From: Candidatus Hydrogenedentota bacterium
Lineage (GTDB): Bacteria; Hydrogenedentota; Hydrogenedentia; Hydrogenedentales; G963678445
NCBI GenBank assembly: GCA_963678445.1
Contig: OY782877.1
Location: 3,178,503-3,242,502, forward strand
Direction of reading: 5' to 3'
DNA: 64,000 bases
In this document: positions 40,459-51,050 of the stretch, piece by piece
Layout of the letters: each line of letters opens with the position of its first letter
Numbering within the stretch: position 1 is the stretch's first letter
Position numbers and translations under genes: made by a program
Notes under the pieces: generated by a model
What the model was told of the DNA's origin: nothing
The model's database searches: none
Seen by the model: only the letters and a program-made list of their open reading frames with translations

Positions 40459-41955
40459 CTACCTCCCTAAGAATGTCAAGCTCAGCGAAATTATCCCCAG
40501 TAGGAGCACTAAAGACCAGGCGAATAGATGAAGCGTGTTTGCGATCTTCTTCGTATTGAAACCGACGGATGACAGGCGTCCTAATATGCTCATTTTCGTA
40601 CAACTCACCATGAGTCCCACCGTGCATATAGTAACGGCCATACCCAGCATTACACATGATGCAAGCGCTATGCCCAGCATGACATGCCCTGAGCCGGAAC
40701 AGAATAGCATCACGAGAACAACACTGGGGCATGGAATAAATCCGGCGGCAAATGCCAGGAGAATAACATTCGTATTTTGCCGTACCGCTATTGTTCCTTC
40801 CGCATCGGTATTGTGAACCCCGCAGTCCTTCCTGCGTATCCATCGATAGGCTTCCCTGCCGAGCATAATCGCTCCCCATAGGGTAATCGCTCCAAAACTC
40901 ACTACCTTGAACATTTTATCCGCGTTTCCCAGGAAGGATAGTGCTGTGGTTCCCAAGAGCACTCTACCCACTACAACCGCGACAATCCCAGAAAAGCCAT
41001 GGAAGAGCGCAAAGAGCACGCCAAGAAGAATTCCTGAAGAAAGACTGCGTTCATCGCCGAGTAAATAAGAAGCGGTAATACTTTTCCCGTGACCTGGTCC
41101 GGCCGCATGAAATACGCCGTATAGAAAGGCGATAAAACAAAGCCAAAGCACGGCATCCATACGCAGGGCGCCGTCAGCGGATTTTGTAGCAAGTTCTTCC
41201 AATCGCTGGCGCACAGCGTTTTCCTGTTCCAGTATCCAAGAGATAAAAGCTGTATAAAAGCGCCGGGACTGTGGAGGGTTCTTTCCTGAAATAGCTTCAC
41301 CCTCCAAAGGGGAACCGGTCGACCTCACGTCGACCGCTTCCTGATTTTTGACAGGTCCCATTCCGTTTGGATTAAAGCGGAGAATCACTTCCTCAGGATA
41401 AACCGTTCCGCCATAGAAGGATTCATTCTTATTTACCCTTTTTTCTGCCCACCACTCGAATGCGTCGCTGTGTAATACACGATACGAGGGTTCTGCATAC
41501 TCAAAAGCGATATAGTATGAAGGGTCATACTGTTCGATACGAACTTCGGATACGGCATCCGCAGCTTCCATTCGGCAGGGGATACTGAAAGAAAACAGTA
41601 TCTTATAGCGTTCCATGGCTACTTCCGGATTTTCAATTGCATCAATGAACCGTTCCACGCCATTTTCCACAAGCCTGGTAAAATAATGGTCCTTGTGCAA
41701 GTCCTTTTCAAGGCGTGCAGCGAGTTTTGCAGACTCAAGGCTGGAAAGTTCTCCATCGGCATCCGTATCGTACGCGCCAAAGAGATCCGTACTGGCGAAT
41801 GCGTCATAGCGCCACAGCGATCGGATTTCCCGCAGACCTGTTTCGTCGAATACGAACGTCTGTTCTACAACGATCAGGCCGTGTGGATGCCCCCACGCCC
41901 CAAACGATATCAAAACGGCGAGAAACAGTAGGCAGCCGCCGAAAGAGCTTTTCAT
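40459..41955 (-). CDS. DUF1007-like periplasmic domain fused to a nickel/cobalt-transporter-family (NicO/COG2215-like) permease
   Basis: Signal peptide, then a C-terminal polytopic domain with a HAAGPGHGKS motif. Confidence 0.6.
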   Translation of the reverse strand: MKSSFGGCLLFLAVLISFGAWGHPHGLIVVEQTFVFDETGLREIRSLWRYDAFASTDLFGAYDTDADGELSSLESAKLAARLEKDLHKDHYFTRLVENGVERFIDAIENPEVAMERYKILFSFSIPCRMEAADAVSEVRIEQYDPSYYIAFEYAEPSYRVLHSDAFEWWAEKRVNKNESFYGGTVYPEEVILRFNPNGMGPVKNQEAVDVRSTGSPLEGEAISGKNPPQSRRFYTAFISWILEQENAVRQRLEELATKSADGALRMDAVLWLCFIAFLYGVFHAAGPGHGKSITASYLLGDERSLSSGILLGVLFALFHGFSGIVAVVVGRVLLGTTALSFLGNADKMFKVVSFGAITLWGAIMLGREAYRWIRRKDCGVHNTDAEGTIAVRQNTNVILLAFAAGFIPCPSVVLVMLFCSGSGHVMLGIALASCVMLGMAVTICTVGLMVSCTKMSILGRLSSVGFNTKKIANTLHLFAWSLVLLLGIISLSLTFLGR

Positions 41956-42983
41956 TCGCCGTCTCCCTTATCTTCAGGCGCGTCCGGCGCTACCGTTTTC
42001 TTCTCGTTAACGGATGAGGGGTGACTTGTCTCTTCGTCTTCTTCACCGCTCATACGCCTTCCGGTGATACGCCGCTGCACCTTGAGGTGATTGTATCCCG
42101 TCACCTCATGCCCTTCGTCGCAGACCGCCAGGGCCTCGTCGAAGCGGCCCAACTCCGTCAGAGCACGCGCCAGAAACAGATAGTTTTCCCGGAAGATCTG
42201 CTTTTCATAATCGTCGAAATGCTTCTTTTTCTTCTCAAGACGCTCCTTTTCCTTTTTCTCCAGGGGAATAGCTTGGCTCAATACCACAGCGGCACGCTCA
42301 TATGCCTGTTCCTCAGAAAGCGCAAGCTGCTCATACTTTTCGAAGAGCAAACGTCCCAGCGCGCCACGCACCTCAAAGGACCACGGGTTTGCCGCAATAC
42401 CTGCTTCGAGCAGCTTAAGCGCACGTTCCGGTTGTTGGGCGAAATCAGCCATAAAAAACGCACCCATCGAATACAGGCGTTCGATATTCGGATTAAATCG
42501 CAATGCCAGCTCATACCAGGGGATTAATTCAACCGGGTCGCTATGTCGGTGGTTCGGCATATAGGGCACAATAGCCCGGTGAAATTTTCCCACCGGCCCA
42601 CGCCAATCAAGCTCTTCGTTCAGAGCAAGCGGAACCCCATCCTGGTGATCAAGGCCAGCGGCCATGCCAACTGCGTTTTGAGCACGAAAACCACGCTCCT
42701 CCTCAGCGTTAGTCGGCATGCGGTAGGCAACGCCATTGTGCAGATATTCAAGCGTCTTCAGCCACACCAGACTCTGCGCCGTAAGCTGGATTTGTCCCAT
42801 CAGACTCAACGCAATCGATTCTTTGGCCGCTTCTATTTCGGTCGCGCTATACGACACGCGCATAGTTTCAAATTTTCCCTGAAAATGCTGCGCGAGCAAG
42901 CCGCAAAGTGCAAATCCAGGAAGCAGAACGAGGGGAAAATACTTTGAGAACAGAGCATATCGTATCGTTTTTTTTCTGTTCAT
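41952..42983 (-). CDS. TPR-like repeat protein, membrane-anchored
   Basis: N-terminal TM helix and helical repeats. Overlapping stops and starts with both neighbours indicate an operon. Confidence 0.5.
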   Translation of the reverse strand: MNRKKTIRYALFSKYFPLVLLPGFALCGLLAQHFQGKFETMRVSYSATEIEAAKESIALSLMGQIQLTAQSLVWLKTLEYLHNGVAYRMPTNAEEERGFRAQNAVGMAAGLDHQDGVPLALNEELDWRGPVGKFHRAIVPYMPNHRHSDPVELIPWYELALRFNPNIERLYSMGAFFMADFAQQPERALKLLEAGIAANPWSFEVRGALGRLLFEKYEQLALSEEQAYERAAVVLSQAIPLEKKEKERLEKKKKHFDDYEKQIFRENYLFLARALTELGRFDEALAVCDEGHEVTGYNHLKVQRRITGRRMSGEEDEETSHPSSVNEKKTVAPDAPEDKGDGE

Positions 42984-43747
42984 AGCGCGATCCTCCGAAA
43001 ACGCCAGCAGCCTAAGGTCGCAAAAAGTGCGGCGTATACGGCGGCGTAGACCGTAAGTCCCGCCAATATGCCACTAGAAATAGCGGGCCATTCATGAATG
43101 ACTTTTTTCGAGAGATCGAAAAGCTCGAGGTGAGGCACAACCCAATAGAGCAGCTCGGCAACGCGTTGGGAGGGGCCAGCCAGTTCGGTATGCACCGCCA
43201 GGATAGTGTTGGCAAAAGTAGTCATCGCCAGACACAACAATAAAGATAAAGTAATATTCGCTCCATGCGTTAGAAACAGCGACGTAGCGAGGACAAGCGC
43301 AGAAATAAGCCACATGGAGAGAACTCTAAGATAGAGCGCCTGTACAAAAATCAGGCCCGAATGGATGTCGAAGATCTGAAAGAGCACGAACAATTCTAAC
43401 CAAAAGAGTAATACTACCGAGGAACTAATCGTAGCTACGCCAAGGTATTTTCCCAAAAATATAATGGTGCGGCTGACGGGTTTCGCTGCAAGGGGATACA
43501 GTGTGCGATTCTGTAGCTCGGCAGGGAATTGGCGCGCCGCCGTCACAATGCAAATGACTGTGCAGAGTACATTGGTGACAGTCAGCGCTACATCCTTGAC
43601 GAATTTTTCCAATCCTTCCGTGCCGAAGTGATTGAATACGGCTGCGCCAAGCATAATAGCAAAACCTAGAATGAGTACGATGTAGGGGTCCTTGCGTCGG
43701 AATGATTCGAGGACCGTCACCTGTGATATGCCAAACAGTTTTTTCAT
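42980..43747 (-). CDS. ABC-2 family transporter permease
   Basis: Start re-assigned to MKKLFGIS. Six TM helices, directly downstream of the ABC ATPase. Confidence 0.7.
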   Translation of the reverse strand: MKKLFGISQVTVLESFRRKDPYIVLILGFAIMLGAAVFNHFGTEGLEKFVKDVALTVTNVLCTVICIVTAARQFPAELQNRTLYPLAAKPVSRTIIFLGKYLGVATISSSVVLLFWLELFVLFQIFDIHSGLIFVQALYLRVLSMWLISALVLATSLFLTHGANITLSLLLCLAMTTFANTILAVHTELAGPSQRVAELLYWVVPHLELFDLSKKVIHEWPAISSGILAGLTVYAAVYAALFATLGCWRFRRIAL

Positions 43748-43766
43748 GGTCGATTCCTTGTTATGA

Positions 43767-44693
43767 TCACGCCACTTTGTGGCCAAGTTTGCATACGAAA
43801 TAATCTTCGAGCGACATAGATTCCTCGAATATTTCGAGGACTTCGCCTCCCGATGCTTCAATACGCTTCTGGAGATCCTGGGCTTCTTTCCAACTGGCAG
43901 CGGTATAGACTTGCGAATCCTCATTCAACACACGGGCAACAATCCCGCCTCCGTCAAATGTCTGGCCATTGTGCCGCGTGCGCACAACCACACAACGCGT
44001 CGATGCTGTGAGTTCACGAAGGGTGCTTTCTTCAAGGATTTTTCCTTCATCAAGCAAAACAATCCGATCACAAAGCAACGCCACCTCGCTCAACTCGTGG
44101 GAAGAAAAAAACACGGTTTTGCCCGCTGCTTTAAACTCCATGAGAATCCTGCGTACATCGTGACGTGCTACAGGGTCTAACCCCGAAGTTACCTCGTCGA
44201 GGATAAGTAGATCGGGTTCCCCCATAATGGCCTGGGCAATACCGACCCGCTGCAACATCCCTTTTGAAAAACCGGAGAGACGCTCCCGGTCTCGTCCGTG
44301 CAACCCCACCTGTTCAAGGAGAGAAGAAACAGTTTCCTCACGGCGGGCGCGCGGGATATCTGCCAGTTTGGCGTACAGCCGCAACGTCTCACGTGCGCTT
44401 AAAAACGGGTAGTATAACGCCACCTCAGGCAGATAGCCGATACGACGACGCGCGGCAATGCTTCCGGCGGCCTCGCCAAAAAGATGAGCCTTCCCCTGGG
44501 TTGGCTGTAAAAAACCCATAAGGATTTTGATGGTGGTAGTCTTGCCAGCACCATTAGGACCAATAAATCCAACTACCTCCCCTCGATTCACGGAAAGTGA
44601 AAGGCCGTCTACCGCAGTTACCGTGCGTCCAGAAGGCGTACGGAAACTTGCGTGGAGGTTTTCTATATCAATTACTGCTGTTTCTACAGGCAT
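43767..44693 (-). CDS. ABC transporter ATP-binding protein
   Basis: Walker A GPNGAGKTT, signature LSGGMLQRV, Walker B LLILDEVTSGLD. Confidence 0.9.
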   Translation of the reverse strand: MPVETAVIDIENLHASFRTPSGRTVTAVDGLSLSVNRGEVVGFIGPNGAGKTTTIKILMGFLQPTQGKAHLFGEAAGSIAARRRIGYLPEVALYYPFLSARETLRLYAKLADIPRARREETVSSLLEQVGLHGRDRERLSGFSKGMLQRVGIAQAIMGEPDLLILDEVTSGLDPVARHDVRRILMEFKAAGKTVFFSSHELSEVALLCDRIVLLDEGKILEESTLRELTASTRCVVVRTRHNGQTFDGGGIVARVLNEDSQVYTAASWKEAQDLQKRIEASGGEVLEIFEESMSLEDYFVCKLGHKVA

Positions 44694-44758
44694 AGGTGTA
44701 TTCCTTTATAGGCGTCATAACGGTACGAAACCTTATGGATGTGACTTCTGATTGTTTA

Positions 44759-45205
44759 TTAGCGTTTGTTCAAGCGACTGTAGACCGAAGGCGCCACCTT
44801 CATGCCGCGCGCTTCAAATTCCTTAAAGGCGCGCACATGATGCTCGAGTGCACCGCATCCGGCGCTATCCAGCTCAAGCCACTTTCCGTTGTAACGCTTG
44901 AAGTAGTATTCAATACCCTTGAACGTTTTCATTTCCTCATCCCCATGGTTGCGGATGTAGACGTGAATCACTCCCCAGGCTCGTCCAAAGAGGTTAAAAG
45001 ATTTGCCGCCATCTACTAAAATCAGGGTCTCATATGCAGCCGGATCCTCCTCACCGAGATAATCATTCAGCTTTTGCGTCGAGATTTCGTGCAATTCCGC
45101 CATCATGTCGCTGGTATCCACCCAGGACCAGGCAACAACAGAAAACGCACAGATTCCAATGAAGGCAACAAGTTTAAGCTCATTACGATGGATTACAAGA
45201 GTCAT
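44759..45205 (-). CDS. Hypothetical membrane-anchored periplasmic protein
   Basis: N-terminal TM helix. First gene of the ABC/DUF1007 operon. Confidence 0.45.
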   Translation of the reverse strand: MTLVIHRNELKLVAFIGICAFSVVAWSWVDTSDMMAELHEISTQKLNDYLGEEDPAAYETLILVDGGKSFNLFGRAWGVIHVYIRNHGDEEMKTFKGIEYYFKRYNGKWLELDSAGCGALEHHVRAFKEFEARGMKVAPSVYSRLNKR

Positions 45206-45465
45206 GTCTAATTCTTCCCATAGCGAAACATCCCGCTATACACGGACACAGCAGTAGTGCGTTCGCTTCTATTTGTTCCAGACAATACAGTGGAATACCA
45301 CCCGCTCTAGAGATGCCAAGAGGGATGTTGAGTGTCCTGTGACGTGTTGCATTGAAGATGGGAAATACGTCAGCAAAGCATCGCAGACAAACAAGAATAG
45401 CCCTTGGATATGCCGGGAGGGTGAAGGAGTTATGCGCACTGATTCTGAGGAGCGGTCCACATAGG

Positions 45466-45570
45466 CTAAAGCGGTCCAGCGACCACAAGCAGGAGGTATA
45501 GTCCTTACCATACCTGACAACAGCAAAGGCCCGTTTTTTATGACAACTTTTGCAGTGTCAGTCACTAAAG
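45466..45570. repeat. REP/MITE-like repeat, copy H
   Basis: ctaaagcggtccagcgaccacaagcagg...tagtccttacc...cgttttttatgacaacttttgcagtgtcagtcac. Confidence 0.8.
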
Positions 45571-45702
45571 TGACAGATATGTCGGCACATGCCCTTATCC
45601 TCTGTAGCAGATTTTTCTACGGAGATGAGATATCATATGCCTCACTGTAAAAATGCCTATAGCGCTACACAGTGCAACAAAACACCAACGTTATTGACGG
45701 GA

Positions 45703-46044
45703 TTACAGGCTGGGAGGACCGCGTAATTTGATACGGAAGACAAAACAACGGAATAGCGGTGTTTCGCAGGAGGGAATGGGACAGCACCGGCCAGGATAGT
45801 ACCGGGCAAGTGCTACTAGGAACAGGTAGAGAAAGACAGGAAGCTGCAAAAATTGGCAGAACGGACACGTTTCATGCTGGTGTTTATGTTCATGCCCTAA
45901 CAGGATGAAAAACAACTCATGCATGGCCGCAGCAGCAAAAACAGCGACAAGCAATATGGCAACACAACGTAGAAGCGCTTCCGTCGTATCTTTTCGCGGA
46001 AAACGGCGTATCCATACTCTCTGTGTGGAGCCAACTTTTGACAT
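45703..46044 (-). CDS. Small hypothetical membrane protein with His-rich/CPFC metal-binding-like motif
   Basis: 113-aa ORF with a hydrophobic core (LLVAVFAAAAM) and HEHKHQHETCPFC. No RBS checked, so weak support. Confidence 0.3.
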   Translation of the reverse strand: MSKVGSTQRVWIRRFPRKDTTEALLRCVAILLVAVFAAAAMHELFFILLGHEHKHQHETCPFCQFLQLPVFLYLFLVALARYYPGRCCPIPSCETPLFRCFVFRIKLRGPPSL

Positions 46045-46350
46045 GCGGTATATCTTTTCTGTTTAATGATATTGTATTCTCAACAATACAATAAACCCCG
46101 GTGGAAAATCAAAAGCGATTTTCTAGTCTGGATTTATATGCGTTGAATCATCCAAAAGGAGAGTGCCCAAAAATACGTATTTGCCCTTCCTTACTCAAAA
46201 ATGTAATAATCAATACGTGGTATGAATTGGAAAAAGTACATAGATGTATCGTAATGATACGTTTGTAATCCCTTTACAAGAACAAGGTGTTTTCCAAGCC
46301 TATAAAAAGAAATTATCTGGCAAATATTGTTGCTAGACAGCTTCGAACGT

Positions 46351-46711
46351 GGGGGCGACATGGTCTCGACGGGGATGAAAGAAGCGAAGGATGCGTGCCG
46401 AGGACCCCGGTGGCCTCGTAAAAAACCGGGATTTGTTAACTGCGAACAATGAATTCGCACTTGCCGCCTAAATAATGGCGACACGCTCTACCTGTGACTG
46501 CCTGCTAACGGGATAGAGCGCCGACTAGCGGGCCTTGAACCCGGGCGGTTGGGTTGGTCCCCCCGGTGAGAGTAAGTTGACCCTCTAGCGAAGCTGGACA
46601 GCGCGCCTGACGCGGTCCGGTGGGGCGAATCTTTTAAAGGACAGGCTACGCACGTAGAAGCCTTCGTGGACGCATCTTCGGACGCGGGTTCGATTCCCGC
46701 CGCCTCCACCA
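46351..46711 (+). ncRNA. ssrA: tmRNA (transfer-messenger RNA, SsrA)
   Basis: 5' GGGGGCGACAUGG pairs with the 3' ...CGCCGCCUCCACCA acceptor stem (7 bp, one G-U). T-arm GGTTCGATTCC. Internal tag reading frame gcg aac aat gaa ttc gca ctt gcc gcc taa encodes ANNEFALAA followed by a stop. 3' CCA is encoded. Confidence 0.92.
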
Positions 46712-46739
46712 TTTTTTGATTGCAGCAAGCCTATGTTAC

Positions 46740-47270
46740 TCAACGGCTTGCTGCGATTTTCACTCTTATCTGGCTTACTTTGGTCACGCATTTAGCACGC
46801 TCGAACATTTCGAGTACAGGTTCAGTTACTTTCTCAGATAGCATCTGCATGTTTGCCTGATTGCTCTGAGCATAGGTATTGAATGTTAAGCGCGGGTCGC
46901 TGTGGTCAAGTGCTTCCTGCGCCTCTTTCCCATAGTTGCGCCATTTTCGACAACAAAAGTTGCATACGCCACACGCAATGAATGGAAGTCAATTTTCCCT
47001 TCTCCGGTTTCCTTTCAACACTGGACAAGGCCATGCTCAAGGTCATGCGGCGAGTTTTACCGCCCAAACGACCTGGAGACGGGCTTCTTGGTAGGTCATA
47101 TCCAGATCATTCTGGTTCGCCCCATTGAACCCGTCGGCATTTCTGATGAATCCCACGCATGTGTCACATTCCACTCGCTATCCATTTCGAGCGTATGCTC
47201 CAACTCCACATGGTCGAGGAGGTCGCCCTTCCGCGCCGTAAGGAACTCCCATCAAGTATGCTTTGCTACA
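46740..47270 (-). pseudogene. Degraded tyrosine recombinase (phage-type integrase) remnant adjacent to tmRNA
   Basis: Minus-strand translation gives DFHSLRVAYATFVVENGATMGK (box II H-x-L-R...A-T...ENGA). After a +1 frameshift it gives QEALDHSDPRLTFNTYAQ (catalytic Tyr motif L-G/D-H-S...T...Y). There are at least 3 in-frame stops further upstream. It terminates 29 nt from the tmRNA 3' end. Confidence 0.6.
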
Positions 47271-47319
47271 ACTACTTAGCAGAATCAGACTCCAATTGCG
47301 TGTAGTACCGCAACGATAT

Positions 47320-48489
47320 CTAGCGCATTAGAGTGAGTTCAACACGCCCTTTCATATCCTCAGCAATCTCAGGTCTGTCAAGCATGCCAGGAGAAAGAGC
47401 TCTCCCCTTTTCCTGAGTCTGGAAGTTCAGGTACTTTGACCAACGATGAAGGTCGTCCATACTGACGTAATTGAAGCGAACTCGTTCACACACGACATGC
47501 CCCCCCGAGCGTTGCAAGAGAAACACGTGTGTTTCTGGATCGTAGCTAATGGGCGAAAGCTCGGAAAACTTCCCTTCTGACACTGCGTAGCGCCTGACAA
47601 AGCCCGTCGAGCGATTCTTGCTGCCCTCACGCTCGACACCGATCCTGTAGAGTATGTGTTCCTGACCGAATCTCCTCAATAGATACTCCGAACGAGAACC
47701 CATGGGAGCGACGGCTGAGGAAGCCAGGAGGGTACAGCTGTCAAGTGCAACGAGATGAAGATGCAACTCGTCTCCCTCTTTCAGTCTCGACCAGATGATA
47801 GCTCGCTCGCCCTCGAAACAGGCATATGAGCAGAATGCGGTTGCCTTCTCCTTGCATAGCAAGGAGGAGGCAACGCACCTCCCCGTCTCTCTCCCACTCC
47901 ACGCATCGATCTTCAGAATGGTGTCGTACGTTGAGGCTCGACCGACAAAGAGGAGTCTTTTGTCTTCGGATAGCGAAACAGGATATCCAAGCCTGAGATC
48001 GAAGCCGAAATCCTGCGCTGCTGATTGGCTTAGGGGATGACAAACGAGACTACTGCGTTTCTCGAAGTCCCTGACGTACACAAGATCCTTCGAGACAGGA
48101 AGAACGAGGGAATCACCTCCAGTGAACTGCCGAATACCAGTATCCCGAAACGAACCCGAAGTAACGTCAAACAGATAGAGTTGATCCTCCCTTTTGTCTG
48201 GCTCATGGACGAAGAAGTAGCCTACTTTTTCGTCAGCGAGATACCATCCCCGGAGTATGGCATGCGACCGGAGCCCCAGTAGCGGCACGCGCGCGACTTC
48301 GCGAGCACTACGTTCGGCGTAATCGATCTCTAGAATCACGCCCTCCGCAGTAAGGTCGTAGTAGACGCTCGTGTCGCCATCAGCGGGTACTGAACGTAGA
48401 GCATACTCAGAGGCGTGAACACTCGCGGTAGCAAGAGCACTCAAGACGAGCACACACCCACTTGTGCATATTAGGAATCGTCGGTTCAT
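47320..48489 (-). CDS. Secreted hypothetical protein (island cargo)
   Basis: Start re-assigned to MNRRFLICTSGCVLVLSALATASVHA (signal peptide). No motif recognised. Confidence 0.5.
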   Translation of the reverse strand: MNRRFLICTSGCVLVLSALATASVHASEYALRSVPADGDTSVYYDLTAEGVILEIDYAERSAREVARVPLLGLRSHAILRGWYLADEKVGYFFVHEPDKREDQLYLFDVTSGSFRDTGIRQFTGGDSLVLPVSKDLVYVRDFEKRSSLVCHPLSQSAAQDFGFDLRLGYPVSLSEDKRLLFVGRASTYDTILKIDAWSGRETGRCVASSLLCKEKATAFCSYACFEGERAIIWSRLKEGDELHLHLVALDSCTLLASSAVAPMGSRSEYLLRRFGQEHILYRIGVEREGSKNRSTGFVRRYAVSEGKFSELSPISYDPETHVFLLQRSGGHVVCERVRFNYVSMDDLHRWSKYLNFQTQEKGRALSPGMLDRPEIAEDMKGRVELTLMR

Positions 48490-48601
48490 TCTGGATACTC
48501 CTCTCCGTCCTGATGGTCCCAACCTTCCGGGAATTGTCCCGTGCCCCCATCCGCACCTTGCACAAAACCAAATATGCAAATAATACCCAGAAGTTGCTGT
48601 T

Positions 48602-50005
48602 TCATGGAAAAACGTTATATGTGCGTTCGAAACAGGGGGTATTTTCTTCCTCGTCATCCTCCCATTGACAGTCGGCTTTTGAGGGGTAAATGGTTTGTTG
48701 CTTGGGGGTGGGGTTCTCTGGAGTTGGGGATTCGATGGCCCAGTGCGCATGGTGTACCCAGTCGGCTTGGATGCAGCATTGTTTCTGATCTTCCAATACC
48801 TTTCCGTCGATGAAGGGGCAGCGGTACAAACTATCCTTATGCCGGAAGAGGAGTTCGTCGTTCTCGGTAATCAGCAAGACCTCCATATCGGGCTGGGTAG
48901 TCCAGGTAGACATTTTCTCTCCGTTGGAAGTGATAAAGCGGTACACCGCATGATTAGGATCGAAGTATTTGGTTTCGCGTTTTGGAGGGAAGACCACCCA
49001 ATAATCGCCACGTCGGACAGTGCCGCTAGAAAAATAATTCGCATCTAACGATAACGTTTTCCAGGACTTCTTGACCTTGTCAAAGAGCACAAAGTATCTT
49101 TTTGGTATTTTTTGGGCAGGATCCCATATGTATAACGCTATGAACGCCTGCGTGTCGGTCTGCGCATATATGGAACCATCCGCCCAAGCCTGTGAATCCG
49201 TATGTCCCGACATCCAGGCCCCATCATTCGTTAACGCCTTATGCTGTTCCAGTATCTCCTTCGACAGGAAAAAAACCATTGGTATCATGTACCGGTATAT
49301 TTGATGATACATTTCCCCCGTCTCTTTGTTGAGATGAAAATCAATGTCTCGATACGATGAAACGAAGGGGGAGGCATCCTGGTACACGATATTTTCCCAT
49401 TTTACATCCGCTCCAGGCACGATACTGAGCTGGTCGGAAGCCAAGTCGTACTGATAGAATTTATCCGTTTCAAGTTTTGTTATGAGCACATTTAGTTTGC
49501 CATCCGATGTATTGTAGAAATAATTCTGCCTCACAATCCTTTCCGGCAAGGTATATTCTTCAACGAACTTTTCTTGTTTAAAATCATAAATCCTGAGCCA
49601 CCCCCTTGTCTTTTTCCGATCTTCAGCAGATTTTTTGTAATAATTGTCTATTATCGATTTATTTCCCAAAAGCAATGCCCATTTCTTCTCGGGATGAATA
49701 AATACATTGTTTACTCCGTCCAGAACGGTTATTTGTTGGGCTGACGCACCCAAGTACGATTCAGCGCGGAAATTTCGCGAATAGATTTGGGTAGCTTGAT
49801 TCATTTCCGGATTCAGCCGATAAATCGCAAACGTCGTAGGGGGAACGATATCTTCATCGGGATTGCTTACCAAATAAAGGCTTGTGTCTGCATAAATACC
49901 TTGCACAAAGCTCAATAGACAAACGCCGAGTAATACAACAAGGCCCACACGCGGCAACGATGAACCTTGCCTTTTCTGGTCAATATATGAATCTTTATCA
50001 GGCAT
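48602..50005 (-). CDS. Secreted hypothetical protein (island cargo, AT-rich)
   Basis: Signal peptide-like N-terminus (GLVVLLGVCLLSFVQGIYA), 467 aa, notably AT-rich coding sequence. Confidence 0.5.
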   Translation of the reverse strand: MPDKDSYIDQKRQGSSLPRVGLVVLLGVCLLSFVQGIYADTSLYLVSNPDEDIVPPTTFAIYRLNPEMNQATQIYSRNFRAESYLGASAQQITVLDGVNNVFIHPEKKWALLLGNKSIIDNYYKKSAEDRKKTRGWLRIYDFKQEKFVEEYTLPERIVRQNYFYNTSDGKLNVLITKLETDKFYQYDLASDQLSIVPGADVKWENIVYQDASPFVSSYRDIDFHLNKETGEMYHQIYRYMIPMVFFLSKEILEQHKALTNDGAWMSGHTDSQAWADGSIYAQTDTQAFIALYIWDPAQKIPKRYFVLFDKVKKSWKTLSLDANYFSSGTVRRGDYWVVFPPKRETKYFDPNHAVYRFITSNGEKMSTWTTQPDMEVLLITENDELLFRHKDSLYRCPFIDGKVLEDQKQCCIQADWVHHAHWAIESPTPENPTPKQQTIYPSKADCQWEDDEEENTPCFERTYNVFP

Positions 50006-50100
50006 AACCGAGTATATCTCTATAGATTGTACACTTCAAAAAAAGGGGGCTTTTTTCTGAATTCACCCTGTAGAATTGCTGGGGATGAATCGTGGCCACT

Positions 50101-51009
50101 TTATTCTTTCGGCAGGAGCCACCAGTAGTCTTTTTTGTTCTCCTCCCACCAGGTGAGCCAGTAGGCGGTGTCGTGGACGTTGTCAGGCACCACGTTGGGT
50201 ACACGTTTGGGGACTAAGCGTACGCCGTCGTCGTATTCTCCCTCTTCCTGGGGATATACGAGGCCGTATCCTCTATCAATGAGATCTTGTACTTCGGGCG
50301 GTGGTGAAGTATGTTTTTTGGGCCTAGATTTTAGAAGGCGAATTTCTTCTTCCTCTCCTTCCACTGGGGTGAGCGCCAGGGTCAGGAGCACGAGATCGTA
50401 ATAATCTGAATGCTCTTCCTGGATGCGTTGCATAATAAAAGGGACGGCTAGAAGCCCCATTGTCTTCAATGCGGAAAAAGTAGGCTCAGAGAACAGTTTT
50501 TCCTTGTCGATAGCTCCCTGCGCCAGACGTTGATCAAAGGCCTGTCTTCTGACCACGAAGGCTTCTTTTGAATAGGTAGACACATTTTTCCAGAAATGGA
50601 TTATTTTTCCCTGTATTTCGGGTGTGGGCAACGCACGCCCCGGACGAATCTCATCATAGGTCATACCAGCAACATCTAGCCAGAAGCCATTGAGCATTCT
50701 GGCGAGAGCATCGTCATAATTAAGATTGCCATACTGCGTCTGTATCAGTTCCTCAACCATGAAGGGGACGCCGGCCGCTTGCATATTGACGAGGTTGATG
50801 TAATCCTCGCCGATAAAAAATATATTTGTAGTACTTGAATATTGTAACTTTGGTTTTTTCAATATTTTGGAATCCCAGTTGCTTAAATAGACATTGAATT
50901 GCTTGTATTCTTTTGCGTGCTGCGTATACAGAGAATCGAAAATCTTCTCTTCCTGCGCCATACTGGAAAACGATATACTCAAAACACATGCAAGATAGAA
51001 AAAACGCAT
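50101..51009 (-). CDS. Secreted hypothetical protein, paralog 1 of tandem pair (candidate immunity protein)
   Basis: Start re-assigned to MRFFYLACVLSISFSSMAQE (signal peptide). Near-identical to the upstream paralog over long stretches, including an identical C-terminal 31 aa. Confidence 0.6.
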   Translation of the reverse strand: MRFFYLACVLSISFSSMAQEEKIFDSLYTQHAKEYKQFNVYLSNWDSKILKKPKLQYSSTTNIFFIGEDYINLVNMQAAGVPFMVEELIQTQYGNLNYDDALARMLNGFWLDVAGMTYDEIRPGRALPTPEIQGKIIHFWKNVSTYSKEAFVVRRQAFDQRLAQGAIDKEKLFSEPTFSALKTMGLLAVPFIMQRIQEEHSDYYDLVLLTLALTPVEGEEEEIRLLKSRPKKHTSPPPEVQDLIDRGYGLVYPQEEGEYDDGVRLVPKRVPNVVPDNVHDTAYWLTWWEENKKDYWWLLPKE

Positions 51010-51050
51010 ACTTTGTCCCTTCGCATTTTCATGATCTGCGGGGTGGTGGT

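Noticed and set aside
46488-46791. Two minus-strand ORFs (74 aa and 68 aa) reported by the ORF track.
   Set aside because: They lie inside or overlap the tmRNA gene (46351-46711). The second one reads through the acceptor arm. They are antisense artefacts of a structured RNA gene.
46902-47279. Plus-strand 125-aa ORF next to the tmRNA.
   Set aside because: It is antisense to the decayed integrase remnant. The minus strand carries recognisable recombinase box II and Tyr motifs, whereas this frame has no motif or RBS.
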